A DNA stretch of 60,720 nt, counting the filler, from Asterionella formosa (Eukaryota): assembly GCA_002256025.1 (NCBI GenBank). It is 5 parts of 5 records of this genome, joined end to end, with 100 filler letters (N's around TTAATTAATTAA, not from the genome) between each part and the next. Parts side by side here need not be neighbours in the genome. Positions count along the whole stretch, not along the records: positions 36,507 to 48,567 come from NKIB01007900.1; positions 48,668 to 60,720 come from NKIB01007913.1; 3 more parts are not named here. One strand, 5' to 3'. Numbering within the stretch: position 1 is the first letter of the stretch; each line of letters opens with the position of its first letter. The position numbers and the translations under genes are program-made. Shown piece by piece: positions 39,227 through 51,712 of the stretch. Under the pieces are notes generated by a model. That model searched no databases and had not been told where the DNA came from. It saw only the letters and a program-made list of their open reading frames with translations.

Positions 39227-40168
39227 ATGTCGACGAGACAAATGTTGCTGGCTCTGCTTGTTCTTGTTATCTGCTCGTTGTCGTTTTCTACTTCATCTGC
39301 CATGTTACTGCCGACAGCGTTGGTGCATACCTTCATTGGGGCCATTGCCGGATCCGCGGGAGCCTTTGCGGTATACCCAATTGACTACGTCAAGTCGCAA
39401 CTTCAAACAGAAGCAGGACGAGCCAAGTGGAAAAGTGGAGGCATAGAAGCCGCCTTGGATATATGCAAAACGACTGGACCGCTGTCGTTATATCGCGGAG
39501 TACTTGTCAATCTTGTGGGAGTGTCACTGGAAAAGACAATCAAACTGAGCGCTAATAACATGTTCCGTGTTGCCATTCGGAATCAGTTCGGGTCCTTGCC
39601 TTTGGCAGGAGAAGTGCTGGCGGGGGGTTTAGCCGGCATGACACAAGTGATTGTCACCAATCCACTGGAGGTGGTCAAGGTAAAGATGCAAACCAGTGAC
39701 AAGTCTCTCACAGAAGTGATGGATCAGATGAAGGGATTAGGCGATTTATATCAAGGAGCTGGAGCTTGTGTAGCCCGTGATAGTATCTTTTCAGCCGTCC
39801 TGTTTCCAGTCTATGCTCACGCCAAGGTTGCAGTGACATTGGCGTTGGTGGGACAACCTGCCTTTTTGGCCGATGTGATTGCTGGGAGCTTGGCAGCAGC
39901 GCCTGCTGCCATCCTTGCAACACCTGCAGATGTCATCAAAACAAGAATACAAGCACAGTCGAATAGATTGAGTGCCGTCGAACCTGGTTCTTTCCTTGAA
40001 GTGGCATCAAAAGTCATCACTGAGGAAGGTCCTGCTGTGCTCTTTAGTGGGGGACTAGAGCGTGTGGTTCGATCTGCACCACAGTTTGGTGTCACTTTGT
40101 CACTCTTTGATGTGCTAAATACAGTGGCTATTGATCATGGATGGTTGTTACCAGAAGGTCTTGCATAA
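39227..40168 (+). CDS. Mitochondrial carrier family (SLC25) protein, aspartate/glutamate-carrier-like
   Basis: Three PX[DE]XX[KR] motifs (PIDYVK, PLEVVK, PADVIK); GAIAGSAGAFAVYP and RSAPQFGVTL resemble the citrin/aralar/AGC1 carrier domain; no EF-hands; hydrophobic N-terminus. Confidence 0.92.
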   Translation: MSTRQMLLALLVLVICSLSFSTSSAMLLPTALVHTFIGAIAGSAGAFAVYPIDYVKSQLQTEAGRAKWKSGGIEAALDICKTTGPLSLYRGVLVNLVGVSLEKTIKLSANNMFRVAIRNQFGSLPLAGEVLAGGLAGMTQVIVTNPLEVVKVKMQTSDKSLTEVMDQMKGLGDLYQGAGACVARDSIFSAVLFPVYAHAKVAVTLALVGQPAFLADVIAGSLAAAPAAILATPADVIKTRIQAQSNRLSAVEPGSFLEVASKVITEEGPAVLFSGGLERVVRSAPQFGVTLSLFDVLNTVAIDHGWLLPEGLA

Positions 40169-40769
40169 TGGTCATGTACAAATTGTTGACACTCCAAGAC
40201 TTCTTGTGGCTGGACACGAATTACTATTGTTGATCAGGTGGGCCAAGTGAAGAACAACAAGAAGCAAACAATGAAAAATCAGCTATAGTTACCTAGATGC
40301 TAATATTGATCTAGACAGATCGAATAGAATATACTATAATTTACAAAGATTTCATAAAAAAATGTTATTCGAAAAATTCTAAATTGCAGGATGAACATGT
40401 GGAAAGTACGATATAATCAGCACAGACCAAAATGGTTCACCTTCTTCTAGATATGGACCTATAATGGGGGAAAGCTAAAGCTGTGAGAAACATTCTGCCA
40501 CCCAACTTGCTCCAGCTAATAAAAATGTGAAACCAGAACTCATTGTAATGGTGATTATGATGTTGATTCATAATGATACTATATGTATGTGCACCAAGAA
40601 GCTGGCATAGGTGCCAAGAGTTCAACACAAGAGAGTATGGCATATGTATTGTAATTATGTATGCACTCCTAATTAAACCATAGATGTTATGTTGCCGGGG
40701 CAAGCAAGCCACAATCTGAACCAACAGAAATGCTTTTTTATTTACTAATCGGAGTCTAATGGACCGAAT

Positions 40770-40937
40770 ACTAGATATTTGGTCGATGAGGGGGGCATTC
40801 TTGACCAAGGCCCAAGCAAAATTGGTCTTGGTTGATGGTTTTCTTTCCTTTTTCGACAAATGTGAGGATGCATCGGGATGTGCTATGACTCCCAACTTCA
40901 ATTTGACTTGGTCTTGGTTGATGCGGTGGAGATGCTC
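40770..40937. mobile_element. Right-end fragment of the same Harbinger MITE family as 13210-14781
   Basis: ...ttggtcttggttgatgcggtggagatgctc is colinear with 14610-14781. Confidence 0.75.
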
Positions 40938-42328
40938 TCATGACAAAGTTGAAAAACTATTGCCTTAATGTGTGGTAGCCCTTTCCTATTTAAGTTTCTA
41001 CTCATCAGGAAAATTTTGAAGCTTGAACCGGGCTGGGAAGGGGCCGAGAGCACAGTGACAACATGAGAAACACAAACATCATGTGAGCACCACAGTGATT
41101 TAAAATTTTACCAGCAATAAAGAAGGCGCAAAATATAATATATTTATGGTTATGGTTGATTACTATACCAGGCCTACACAAGGCTAGCCAGTGTTGTAGG
41201 AATTTGCATCCAGCTGTACTATGGCTGGGTGCATCCTGAAACTTCATTAGGTTGCCACTGTAGCTAGCTAGTACCAGTACAACATAATTTTAGCTGAAGT
41301 AAAGTTATGTACAGACATAAAAAAATATGTACAGACATACACAGAATCCATCAGTAAATTTTATGTATACATTTAAATAGTTTTACCATCTGATCTCCTT
41401 GTTGTCATTGTTGAGTTCATTCATGAAAGTCTTGAAAGTGAAGTCCATTTCACGATGATGGTTGGTGTGATATCATTGGAGAAGCATCATTGTAACTGCT
41501 ATTGGACCATATTTGAGGCAGTCCTGTACATTTGGAGTTTCAGCTCCAGATAGCCCACTATCAAGCTCATGAGCTTTTGCACGTGAAACGGTTGGTCATG
41601 TATGTTAAACATGGAACTGCCATGCTCAGCACTAAATAGTTCATAGGTTCTCCATCCACCGGTACCTGATGGGAGTACCAGGTACCAGGGTACCAGGTAG
41701 TTTGAAGCACAACCTGTTGCATACCAGTATGCTTGTGGTAGGCCAAATGCTGTTCGATGCCACGAGGTACCCTGGTACCAGGTATTATCTTCCTTGATAA
41801 TACGTCCTTCCCCACAGTAGAAGAAAAAAGGTAACTTAAAAATATTATGTTCTTATTCGAGGCTGTATATAAATCATAACTCAAACGACCATCTGCTCCT
41901 CTGGAGCCACAATCTGATTGTCCAACGTTCCAGTAAAATTAACGATTAATTTAATAAAAACGTTATATATAGATCGTTGCCGGTAGCTAATATGTATGAT
42001 ACAGGTGATGCGGGATTCCATACCGGTATCCGGTATCCATCATTTACCAGGTACCTGGTACCGGTATTCGTCATACTTGTTCATTTAGGAGCTAGAATGA
42101 TCATGCACCGGTATGTTGCTCGTTTACCGGTACATGGTACCGGTAGTACCAGGGTCCATTGTTCTAGGGGTTCCTCAATATTCATACGTGTATATAAATA
42201 TATTTACATGCTTCCAGATTTTTATCAATTTCTGTCGTCCTCGTTCGAGCTGATTTTGCTTCTGATTTCCTTGAATCCCCGTTTGTAATAGTTCCTTGAG
42301 CTCTCTCCTCCTCTGCGAAGTATCCACG

Positions 42329-43426
42329 ATGTTTGGTCCTACACTGTACACTGCTCTTTCTAGGCTGCCCCACTGGACCCCAGTTGCGGCAACTGGAGGC
42401 TTGCTGGGACTGTTTGTCATCCTGGCAGTCGCATTGCCAGTGGACCACGAATCTTACTACGTGGCCTTTGCGGGGAACAACTTCTTGGCCATTAACGACA
42501 TACCTCGACTGCTTCAAGCCATGGGCGGAGGAGACAAGTCAACCGTCATTCGGCAGCAGTCTTGTCTTCACCCTAGTGGGACTGTGTCGTCGATTGTATC
42601 GACGGGCAACGGCATGAAGAGTCAATGGCACACGAGCAATGCCATAGACAGCGAGACGTACATGACGGACTATGGAGTCTGCTCGATCCGGCAACTGATT
42701 CTCGGATACGACGACACATTTTATTACGACAACCGCAACGGTGCATATGAGAACGATGGAGAGAACCCTTGCTTGGAAAACCAAGAATACACGGACTATG
42801 TAAAGAGCACGATGCTGGATAACAAGACGCTGCCGCAATTTTTCGTCATTGCTGATCAGACCAAACGCATGGCATTTCAAGAATATCGAGACGATGCCTT
42901 GTACAGTTTGATGAATGACTACATTCCTCTCTTAAAGGTATCTGGAGCCATTCCCATTGTCGTTGCCAACCATGGATTCTGGTCCACCTCGAGCAACATG
43001 ACGGGCTTGGACGATTTGGCTAGCTTTACATCATTGATCTACGAAGGAGCTAGGCAATACGCTGCACAATTCGACAAGGGACTAACGCAACGGTCTCGTA
43101 TTGCTCCCGTTGGCCTTGCGTTTTTGACCGTCTATGAAAAGGACTTGGATATGTGGAATATGCTCACGGCGTCAGATGACATTCATTCGTCGGTTTATGG
43201 GAGTTTCCTCACTGCATGTGTCTTGTATGCAACCATTACAGAAACTATGCCAGACAAGTCCATGTTGAACGATGTGAAGTCTCTCTATAGTAGTGTTCGA
43301 TTGACCAAGGGGGAGAAATATGGCTTCCCCAATGGTGAAGAAGCTCTTTTCTTGTGGAAAGTGGCAAGGAAAGTGACACTTGAAGGGCAAAAGCCAAAAA
43401 GTTTTGAATCTTACGATCGATTTTAG
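42329..43426 (+). CDS. Membrane-anchored or secreted SGNH/GDSL-hydrolase-like protein
   Basis: 365-aa ORF from the ATG at 42329; N-terminal hydrophobic segment; block-I-like FAGNNF..INDIPRLL; IAPVGLAF; block-V-like DDIHSSVYGSFLTACVLY. Confidence 0.75.
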   Translation: MFGPTLYTALSRLPHWTPVAATGGLLGLFVILAVALPVDHESYYVAFAGNNFLAINDIPRLLQAMGGGDKSTVIRQQSCLHPSGTVSSIVSTGNGMKSQWHTSNAIDSETYMTDYGVCSIRQLILGYDDTFYYDNRNGAYENDGENPCLENQEYTDYVKSTMLDNKTLPQFFVIADQTKRMAFQEYRDDALYSLMNDYIPLLKVSGAIPIVVANHGFWSTSSNMTGLDDLASFTSLIYEGARQYAAQFDKGLTQRSRIAPVGLAFLTVYEKDLDMWNMLTASDDIHSSVYGSFLTACVLYATITETMPDKSMLNDVKSLYSSVRLTKGEKYGFPNGEEALFLWKVARKVTLEGQKPKSFESYDRF

Positions 43427-43880
43427 AACTGGATCAAACTAAAACTGAAAGATACAATCGGAGCTCTATTTTGTGGGGGGTGAATCATGTATGACGACCA
43501 TCAAACAGTTGGAGTGTCGGACTACGTTTAGTTTGCAGTATTATGTTGTCTACATTTCTGATGTACCCCATGGGTCAATTGCAACAAATAATCTAGACAG
43601 CTCACTTTATGAGCTTTATTTCATTCACACTGAAGGTGCACACATGCGTAATCTACTTAGCCAAATCAATTACCAGTAGTCTACAACGCAGCAGGGGTCA
43701 GAATTTTCTCTCATCGTCCTCTGATTGCCAACAAGTGTGAACAGCAGTCAGATCCCCGGTAAATATATGTTGACTTGTATGTTTCAATGATTGTTTATTC
43801 ATTTAGGTAATAGAAATTGTTTTACGGTCAAAAGTTATCATGGATTCCAATATAATTCATACCAAGAGACAAACAGCACT

Positions 43881-45131
43881 TTAAAGTTTCATCATTCCGT
43901 TCACAAAATCACCCAAAGCATTTAACATGCCAAACCCTTCTCGTGCTGCACTCTTATCTCCATTTTCAATATCATATATATCTTCCACTTCAGGATTAGA
44001 GGGCAACCTATCTGATGTTGAAATGAGTTTGTAGCCTCCTTCGGCAGTTTCATCTTCTTGCCACACTGAAAACGCCCGAGGCCAGGTGCGTGTCAGAGCA
44101 CCCCATGGGAGTGTACGAAGGTAATATGTTTGCGTCAAGGGTTCAATCAATCGTTCTCGTAACAATCGTCCAGCCATACCAAATCCTGTTACACCCATGT
44201 CAACCAGAATGGGGTTGACGAAAACAGTCAATTGCAGGGTATCTACCAATTCTGTTTCAACCTTTAACAAAATTCTTTCCACATTTTCCGCTTCCGATGC
44301 TCTGGGACAAAAGAAAAAGACAATCACATCCTTGGAAATGTCAGCAACTTGTCTTCCTCCACATGCACTAAACTCGACACATGCTGGTACCAACGAATCT
44401 TGGCCTTTCCAATCTCGTCGTGCCAATGCAGCACTGCCTTCATCTGGAAAGTACACACGAGCCTTGGGACCATCCCAGCTGGGATTTTCTGGATCTACAC
44501 CTCCAGATTGAATTATTTGGATCAATGCGTCTCGCTTGTCCTTTATTGTTGAGTCATCATTGTCATTATCTTCGTCACCCAACTCTCGCAGCTCCGCCTT
44601 GGCTTGTGCCATTCTCATAATTTCTTGTTGCCTTTTTTCCTGTACACCAGGAATCATTAAATAACAAATGGCTGTTACCATTTTTTGCATAAATGGTGTC
44701 GATGACTTTAAGAGTGTGTATGTGTCATCTCCTGCGCTAGTATCAAAGTCTACTCGACAGCGAGCAACATTCCCAGAGATTTCGGCGAAACTGGCACATG
44801 CTGCAGCAGCAATCTCAGCTCCATCTTCTAGGCTGTCTGGAAGTTCCGTGGGACGGCCTGTGAGTGTGTGTAAGATGAGAGAGGATTTAAAAAAATCAGA
44901 ATTGTGAGTGTGCTCTGTGGTCTTGGACCATTCTATAATGTTGCACACTTCATAGTCAGCACATGTTTTCGTACCCACAACGGCATCGACGGAAGAAGAA
45001 AATAGATGACTTGATGCTGATGGGCGTGTACTGGTAGTAGTGGCAATGGAAGCAGGTCTAGTAAAGTGAGGCACCAACGCAGTTGCAGTGCCTAGTAGCA
45101 CCAGAACGACAAGAAAGGAAGGAAACATCAT
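43881..45131 (-). CDS. Plastid-targeted DUF1995-domain protein
   Basis: 416 aa; signal peptide ending TATA-L followed by a Ser/Thr-rich transit peptide; [16 protein letters not shown] and [16 protein letters not shown] motifs. Confidence 0.85.
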   Translation of the reverse strand: MMFPSFLVVLVLLGTATALVPHFTRPASIATTTSTRPSASSHLFSSSVDAVVGTKTCADYEVCNIIEWSKTTEHTHNSDFFKSSLILHTLTGRPTELPDSLEDGAEIAAAACASFAEISGNVARCRVDFDTSAGDDTYTLLKSSTPFMQKMVTAICYLMIPGVQEKRQQEIMRMAQAKAELRELGDEDNDNDDSTIKDKRDALIQIIQSGGVDPENPSWDGPKARVYFPDEGSAALARRDWKGQDSLVPACVEFSACGGRQVADISKDVIVFFFCPRASEAENVERILLKVETELVDTLQLTVFVNPILVDMGVTGFGMAGRLLRERLIEPLTQTYYLRTLPWGALTRTWPRAFSVWQEDETAEGGYKLISTSDRLPSNPEVEDIYDIENGDKSAAREGFGMLNALGDFVNGMMKL

Positions 45132-45364
45132 GGTTGTGCTAATTCACTATGTAATGTGAACGCTAATAATTGTGATGGATGAGACTGACGGTAAAAGCGA
45201 TGGGTCGCGATCTTTCCGATGCAGCCAGCCGTAGAACGACCAGCATCACCCATAAAATGTCGACCCCAAACACGCGTAGCTAGCAGGTTACCTGGACGAC
45301 AAACCTTGGGGTTCCCTTTTACATACAGGCCGATACATCATTTGTGAAATTAGCGTCGTACTGA

Positions 45365-45665
45365 CAACCGGTATGTAGGTACCAGGTAGTACCATGACGT
45401 AGACACGTAGACCATGTAGAATACGGTACTTTGTACCAGGTACCTTGTATACTTCATTGAGTGCCTCTATGTACATGCTGGTACATAGATCTCGCTACCT
45501 GTATGTATATGACCAGTAGTCTGCGGTACTGCTGGTACGCACCATAAGATACCACTGGTACCAGGATTTTTAGGTACCTGGTGGTACCTGGTACCGGTTG
45601 AGCATTTAATCTACCTACCGGTACCGGTATGATAGTACTGGTACTGGTACTGTACCAACTTACCG
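45365..45665. promoter_or_regulatory. Divergent promoter region dense in TA-delimited palindromic words
   Basis: Lies between the divergent starts at 45131 and 45736; includes taccggtaccggta, tactggtactggtactgta and ggtacctggtggtacctggtaccgg. Regulatory role is inferred only from position. Confidence 0.5.
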
Positions 45666-45735
45666 ATATGTATGCATTGGAGTCCTTACATCACAACATA
45701 AAATAAAACTAGTACTAAAACTATATTTAGCCATC

Positions 45736-46527
45736 ATGAAAATTGGTTTTTCTCTCTCCCCAGGGGGTTTGATGCTTCCGTATCATGTCGGAGCTCTCGC
45801 TGCTTTAGAATACAACGGATTCTTGGACGAGTCTTCCCCACTCGCTGGATCTTCGGCTGGGTCCATTGCTGTGGTGTCTCATGCTTGTGGAATCCGCCCA
45901 GAAGCCATTCTCGAAGCTACCATTCGAGTATCCGACATTTGTTCCGAGTCAGGAGGTGCCAGAGGACGCCTTCTGCCCCTTTTGAAGCAACAAATGAATG
46001 ATCTGATTGACGACGATGCCTTTCAAAGATTCTGTCAACGTCCAGGACCCACAGGTGTAGCCTTTCGTCAAATATTTCCTACAGGAGTTAATTATTTGCA
46101 AACCTCCTTTCAAAACAAGGGAGATTTGATACAAGCGACTGGCTTTTCTTGTATGTTTCCTTTCTTTGCCACCAACTGGCCCTGTGCTCTTGATACTAGT
46201 ACTACTAGTACGCCATTACAACGACTGCCTCGACTATTGGTGGATGGATACTTTACTGTCCCACAAAATCGGTTTGGTTGTCCAGAATTTGACATGGCAC
46301 AAATACAGGTAGATCGGACTGTGGCAGTTGCAGTCTTTCCAAGTCAAGTAGTAGATATGGGTGCATTTGATGACAATGATATTATTAGTCCCAATAATTG
46401 CAACATTCCCCTTGGAGACTTTTTTCGAATTGCTACACAATCCACATCACGCAAAGATTTGACTGCTGTCTATGAACAGGGATGGATGGATGCTGAGAAT
46501 TGGTGTATACAAGAAGGAAAACGATGA
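45736..46527 (+). CDS. Patatin-like phospholipase
   Basis: SPGGLMLPYHVG oxyanion loop, GSSAG nucleophile elbow, VDGY catalytic Asp. Confidence 0.9.
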   Translation: MKIGFSLSPGGLMLPYHVGALAALEYNGFLDESSPLAGSSAGSIAVVSHACGIRPEAILEATIRVSDICSESGGARGRLLPLLKQQMNDLIDDDAFQRFCQRPGPTGVAFRQIFPTGVNYLQTSFQNKGDLIQATGFSCMFPFFATNWPCALDTSTTSTPLQRLPRLLVDGYFTVPQNRFGCPEFDMAQIQVDRTVAVAVFPSQVVDMGAFDDNDIISPNNCNIPLGDFFRIATQSTSRKDLTAVYEQGWMDAENWCIQEGKR

Positions 46528-46832
46528 AAATATTCAGAGAGAAAAGCAAAACTGATTGTTAAACATGCTATACATCATAATCATCATCATCATTAAATGA
46601 GCTTGATTGTGGAAAGCACTTTTCATCAGTGAGGATAACTGTAGCCTTACAAATCGTAACTGAATCAAAATCAAAGCACTTGTACTATCCAACATGATCG
46701 GTTGTTGAAGATAAGGTGATGCTGTATTTATTATTATTATTATTATACAGCAGCGTGGACTACTGGTACCTTATTCAAAGCAGGATCAAGCTCCAATTCA
46801 TTTCTTTTATCTCTTCCCCACCCCTCTCCATA

Positions 46833-48383
46833 TTACTCCATGAACGTAATATCCCCCACAAGGAACGTGTGGCTAGGTAGAGTCCCCGCACAGGGGCTCA
46901 ACAAGTGCAACATGTCAGTATCCATATTGACCTTTTCGACAACACAAAAGCCAGCCACAGCCGACTCATACAAATCACTAGCCTTACCAGAGTCCATGTA
47001 GGATTGCACAGCTGCTGGATGACAGACGCCAATGAGATTATGAACGAGCCCTTCCGAAATGTTGACTGGTGTCAACTGAACAGCTTCTGTGGACTGTTGC
47101 TGTCCCACGGGGAGGAGTGCATTTGACAATGACACCGACGAAAGTTTGTACAATGTCACATTCTTAAAGGGTACTTGCATTGCAAATGGAGTCAATTCTG
47201 GTAATTTGGCACCTGTGGTTGGACTTTTCATGTGCGTGCCATAAAAGTATCGTTTGATGGCCAAACTCCTTGAGATTCGTCGAAAGGCTGCATCTCGTGA
47301 CACAACCCCACCTGACCTAGGTAGCTTGATTATTTTCCCAGTCCAGTCCTCAATAGCTTTGAAATGACTTGTTAGCATACTGTACAATCTATCATGACCC
47401 ATAATTAAAATCACGTCAATATCCAATTCATCCAATGTGTGTAAAATCATTTGGTATCCATCTGCTTGAATGTTTCCATTGGTATTTACAATAATCCCCG
47501 ATGCATTCTCATCAACATTTTGTGCCAGGCGTTGATGAATCTTCCTTGCCATGGACGACACTTGTGCTTTGAATAATTCTGGATTGTCCAAGGTACCTGC
47601 CGAATACCAAAAAACTAATGGAGCAGCTGTCGAGGGGGGAATACCTGTTGTACCGAATGTTTCTACCGTGAGAGCACTTGTGGATATGGGGGCCACAGCC
47701 AGTGTCCCTGGAACTGACAAGGCATTGTCCGATGGATCTAAATCGACCCATAATGGTGTACGACCTAATTTCGTGGCTGACATGGTGTGTGTGTGTAGTT
47801 AGTATACTGAAAAGTCATTCAGTGTCATGTAATATCATGTCTCATTCGTCATTCATGGAAACAAAACAGCACACTCCCAAAATAAACCGACAATTCCTAG
47901 CAAAATCCAACTCAACTCACCATAGGCAATCAGCACCTTGGCCAGGGAACTTTTGCCACATTCCGGAGGTCCAACAATAAGTACTCTTGGACCTGCCCCT
48001 TCCTTGGCCAAAGCTTCATCTCGCAAAACTTCTAATTGCGCATGCGTATTCACGTATGCCACATTGGCAGTGGTTTCATCCGACACGTACACCATGTCTT
48101 CTGCCGCCGCCGCATCATCATCATCCTGCTTCTCCACCTGCAACACGCATCCATGCCATGTAAACAAAGCCCATTTGAATCCCCCCGAAATGCAATACTC
48201 ATGTCCGAGTGCTAATTCTAAACCCCACAGTTCACAAGAACCCTTGAGCAATGTAATGGAACATTCTCTACTAGTATGTGGAACTTCCAAGCGAAGTTCT
48301 TCTTCGGCTTGTAATATGTGTCGTTTTCCTGACAAGGAGACTGGAAGGTCCTTGTCGTTCATGGGCTTGATGGACGTTGTCAT
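46833..48383 (-). CDS. CLP1: Polyribonucleotide 5'-hydroxyl kinase Clp1; exons 48383-47921 and 47776-46833 (468 aa)
   Basis: EEELRLEV, ALFTWHGC, Walker A GPPECGKS, VDLDP, GIIVNT, LPRSGGVVSRD, LLSPCAG. Intron 47777-47920 (GTGAGT...CAG, phase 1) restores IAYATKLGR. Confidence 0.95.
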
Positions 48384-48437
48384 TATATGGCTGGATTGAG
48401 ATGTAGATAGTTGATGCTGCTAGATTGCTGCTGCTGT

Positions 48438-48463
48438 GGATGGATGGATGGATGGATGGATGG
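48438..48463. repeat. (GGAT)n microsatellite upstream of CLP1
   Basis: About six GGAT units. Confidence 0.9.
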
Positions 48464-48567
48464 AAGCAATACGGAGACCAGATACTAAAGCAAGGTGGTT
48501 GTAACAATAAAATAATAATATATCATCTCGAGGAGAGATTGATAAAAGTATAGGATGTGAAATCCCC

Positions 48568-48667
48568 NNNNNNNNNNNNNNNNNNNNNNNNNNNNNNNNN
48601 NNNNNNNNNNNTTAATTAATTAANNNNNNNNNNNNNNNNNNNNNNNNNNNNNNNNNNNNNNNNNNNN
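48568..48667. other. Artificial contig spacer
   Basis: N44-TTAATTAATTAA-N44. Confidence 0.97.
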
Positions 48668-48743
48668 CATGTGTTCAAGGATGTCACAAAAATCCGCCAT
48701 CAAGCAAGAAGTCATTCTACTCTGAGGACGATCATCAAGCACC

Positions 48744-50058
48744 ATGTCAGCTCCCATGTTCACTTCCTCTCACCTCTCTGCCAGCACTGCTGCTGCCGTC
48801 GCTCAGCGCGGAACACCTGCAACTCTCAATTTGGATGACATTTTCGGTGATGTCTTGTTTACTCCTGAAGGAGACACGATCTTCCTAAGTGACCAGCAGC
48901 AAGGCGACGATGACGATGCCGTTTTGGCATCTGGTGAAGGTGATCATGTCGCCACTCACGCGTCCCGGGTTACTGATGACGGTAAAGTCATTGCCGTACC
49001 TAAGGCTGGAGGTATTGTGACGACGCAGCTCGATCAAGACGGCAAGCCAGCCTTGGTCATGGGGTCCGCAGATGGGGTTAATGTTGGCCCTTCTGTTCCC
49101 TTTCAGGCTCCTCCTCAGCAGCGTCACCATTTGCAGTACGCTACCCCTCATATGTCTGCTGCCTTGAAGAAGAGAAAGGGATCGTCTAGCAAATCAGAGC
49201 GTAAAATGTCAGAGCAGCAAAAGGTGGAGCGACGGTGAGTTTGATAACGGTTAGGTCAGCTTTTATGACTTTTGGCCTATCAATTGTTTGAGGGCTGATT
49301 AAAACTCGGATGCCCTACTGCATGAACAGTTGTGTGTGCCAGTGTTCGTTCAATGCTCTCTTTCTCTCGTACAAGCAAACTCACCAGTCTCCGATTTGCA
49401 TATCAACAGTGAACGCAATCGGGAACACGCCAAGCGTTCTCGTATCCGCAAGAAGTTCTTGTTGGAGTCTCTCCAGCAGTCGGTATCGCTGCTCAAGGAC
49501 GAGAACAATAAACTCCGCTCGTCGATCCGCTCGCATCTTGGAGCTGCCGAAGCTGACGAACTCCTTGGCAAGCACCTTGACAAGAGTGAAGGTGGACTCA
49601 TTGCAGACAGTCAGATGACTGCAAATAAGGTCCTCGACGACCCTGACTTCTCCTTCATCAAGGCCCTCCAGACGGCCCAGCAAAACTTTGTCGTTACTGA
49701 CCCATCGCTCCCTGATAACCCGATTGTTTACGCCACTCAAGGTTTTCTTAACCTTACTGGGTACAGCTTGGATCAAGTCTTGGGCCGTAACTGTCGTTTC
49801 TTGCAGGGTCCTGAAACAGACCCTAAGGCTGTCGAAAAAATTCGCCGTTCGATCGAGGAAGGAAGCGACATGTCCGTCTGCCTTCTCAATTACCGTGTTG
49901 ACGGATCGACCTTCTGGAATCAGTTTTTTATTGCTGCATTGCGAGATGCTGCAGGTAGCATTACCAACTATGTTGGTGTCCAGTGTAAAGTCAGTGATCA
50001 GTATGCTGCAAATGTTTGCAAGCAGCAAGAGGAGGATGACGCCGAAGGCGAGGATTAA
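48744..50058 (+). CDS. AUREO1a: Aureochrome 1a, blue-light bZIP-LOV transcription factor; exons 48744-49234 and 49410-50058 (379 aa)
   Basis: PATLNLDDIFGDV N-terminus; bZIP RKMSEQQKVERR|ERNREHAKRSRIRKKFLLESLQ; LOV QNFVVTDPSLPDNPIVYA and GRNCRFLQG; intron 49235-49409 (GTGAGT...CAG). Confidence 0.97.
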
Positions 50059-50419
50059 GGCAGACATTTTCGTTGTTCATTGTATTTTATGTGAGGACTT
50101 TGGCTCGTTGGGAAGGTTCAGGGGCTTTAGTTCCCATGATACTGAGAGGAAATGAACGTGAGAGAAGGCAGATAATTATTTCGATTTCCGCTTCGTATTC
50201 CTGTAGTCTAGTAGTTGGATAGAAATTAAAAAACAACAATATTTAGCATGAAGTCATGGAGCCTACCCAATTGGACATAGCACGCATTCATGCTGGAACA
50301 CATGCAAGAATTACACAGCATGGTACTGCCCATATGCATTCAGTGTATTTGAATGTTGATGGACTACATGTCCTCTGATGGTTTCACATTTATTTCGTTT
50401 CTTTGGCTATCAATTGAGA

Positions 50420-51712
50420 ACTTCTTCCAAGCAACATTGACTTTCCATCACATAATGAAAGACCAAAATAATACAGAAAAGATGAAAAAGCTGAACCTAG
50501 TTGAGATCAGCATTTTATGTAGCATAGATGATAAGGTTGCTCCAACTATGCACATAGCTGTAGTAGCCTGACACAAGTAGCAATCCTTCTGCCCACAGTT
50601 GTTCCTCCCACCAAACAACCCTGATCATTCCATTCCATACTGAGCAAGTGTGATTGCCAGGCTGCTCCAGCACTATCAAATCTCTCTAGGTGGATATTGA
50701 TATGTAGAACTCATAGTAGAAAGGTTATAAAGCATGTAAGAACAAGAAAAGCATTGCTTGGTGGCAACATTGACATCATGGTCAACAACTATACAAATCA
50801 ACAAATATGATCAAAAAAAATCATTAAAGATTAGGCATTGATGCATACATCGGACTTTGTGTAGAAAGATCAACAGAACCAAAACGGAAGTGCAGAATGA
50901 CAAACAACAATGGAAGCAACAAAATCGGAAATTCAACAGATAGTATCTACATTCCATGTTCAGTGTTTCACTGGTGTATTCACCAATCCGCTCTAGCTAA
51001 CATAACAAGCAGCAGACAATTGGATCAAATAAAAGTCAAAAGTTCCCTGTTGCAAGCCTGAATTAGGCAGGATAGAGTGAGAAGTATTATCGAGAGGACA
51101 TATGTAAAATCAATGAATATGTGAACAATATTATTTAACATTCTGGTCTCATAAAGATAATACCAATTCTACAGTATGTATATTAAAATGTTGTGATCAA
51201 AATAAGCATCAAAGTTTAGCTTCAACCATGCATGGTTATTTTTAGTACCATGTCCATATGTAGGGTAAATGACTAGAAAATCCATTAAGCACATAAATGA
51301 CCGGAACAAAAATTTGCCACCAACATTAGTCATACCAACATCATCAATTGTCTGAAGAAATATGGACAATGCGATTACATGAATCCCACAAACAGACAAG
51401 CAATCCAACAAGCAACCGCATCCTTTAGAAAACGAATCGCTATTGGCATCATTAATGAGCTGATTTCTCTTCAAACCGGCTGGTCATGATGGATGACAAT
51501 TGGCATGGTGAAAGGTGAATTGCCGGAGTCCACTTTTCAGTAGACGAACAAAAATGAAGTGAATTCTAGATATAAAATATTAGAATCTGAATAGTATTTG
51601 AAATGGTTTCCTTAAGTAAATCCCTGGCCGATTTCAGCAATTCCCGCTCCAGCTATCCTCGTGCCATTTGGGTACTTCTAAGTAATTTTTAGGCTCTAAG
51701 TAATTTCTTTAG
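50420..51712 (-). repeat. Repeat family C, copy 2 (inverted)
   Basis: Reverse complement of ~52120-53410, plus 51633-51712 as the reverse complement of ~53727-53808. Confidence 0.9.

Noticed and set aside
48383..48744. CLP1-AUREO1a divergent gene pair
   Set aside because: An artificial spacer between unrelated contigs separates them.
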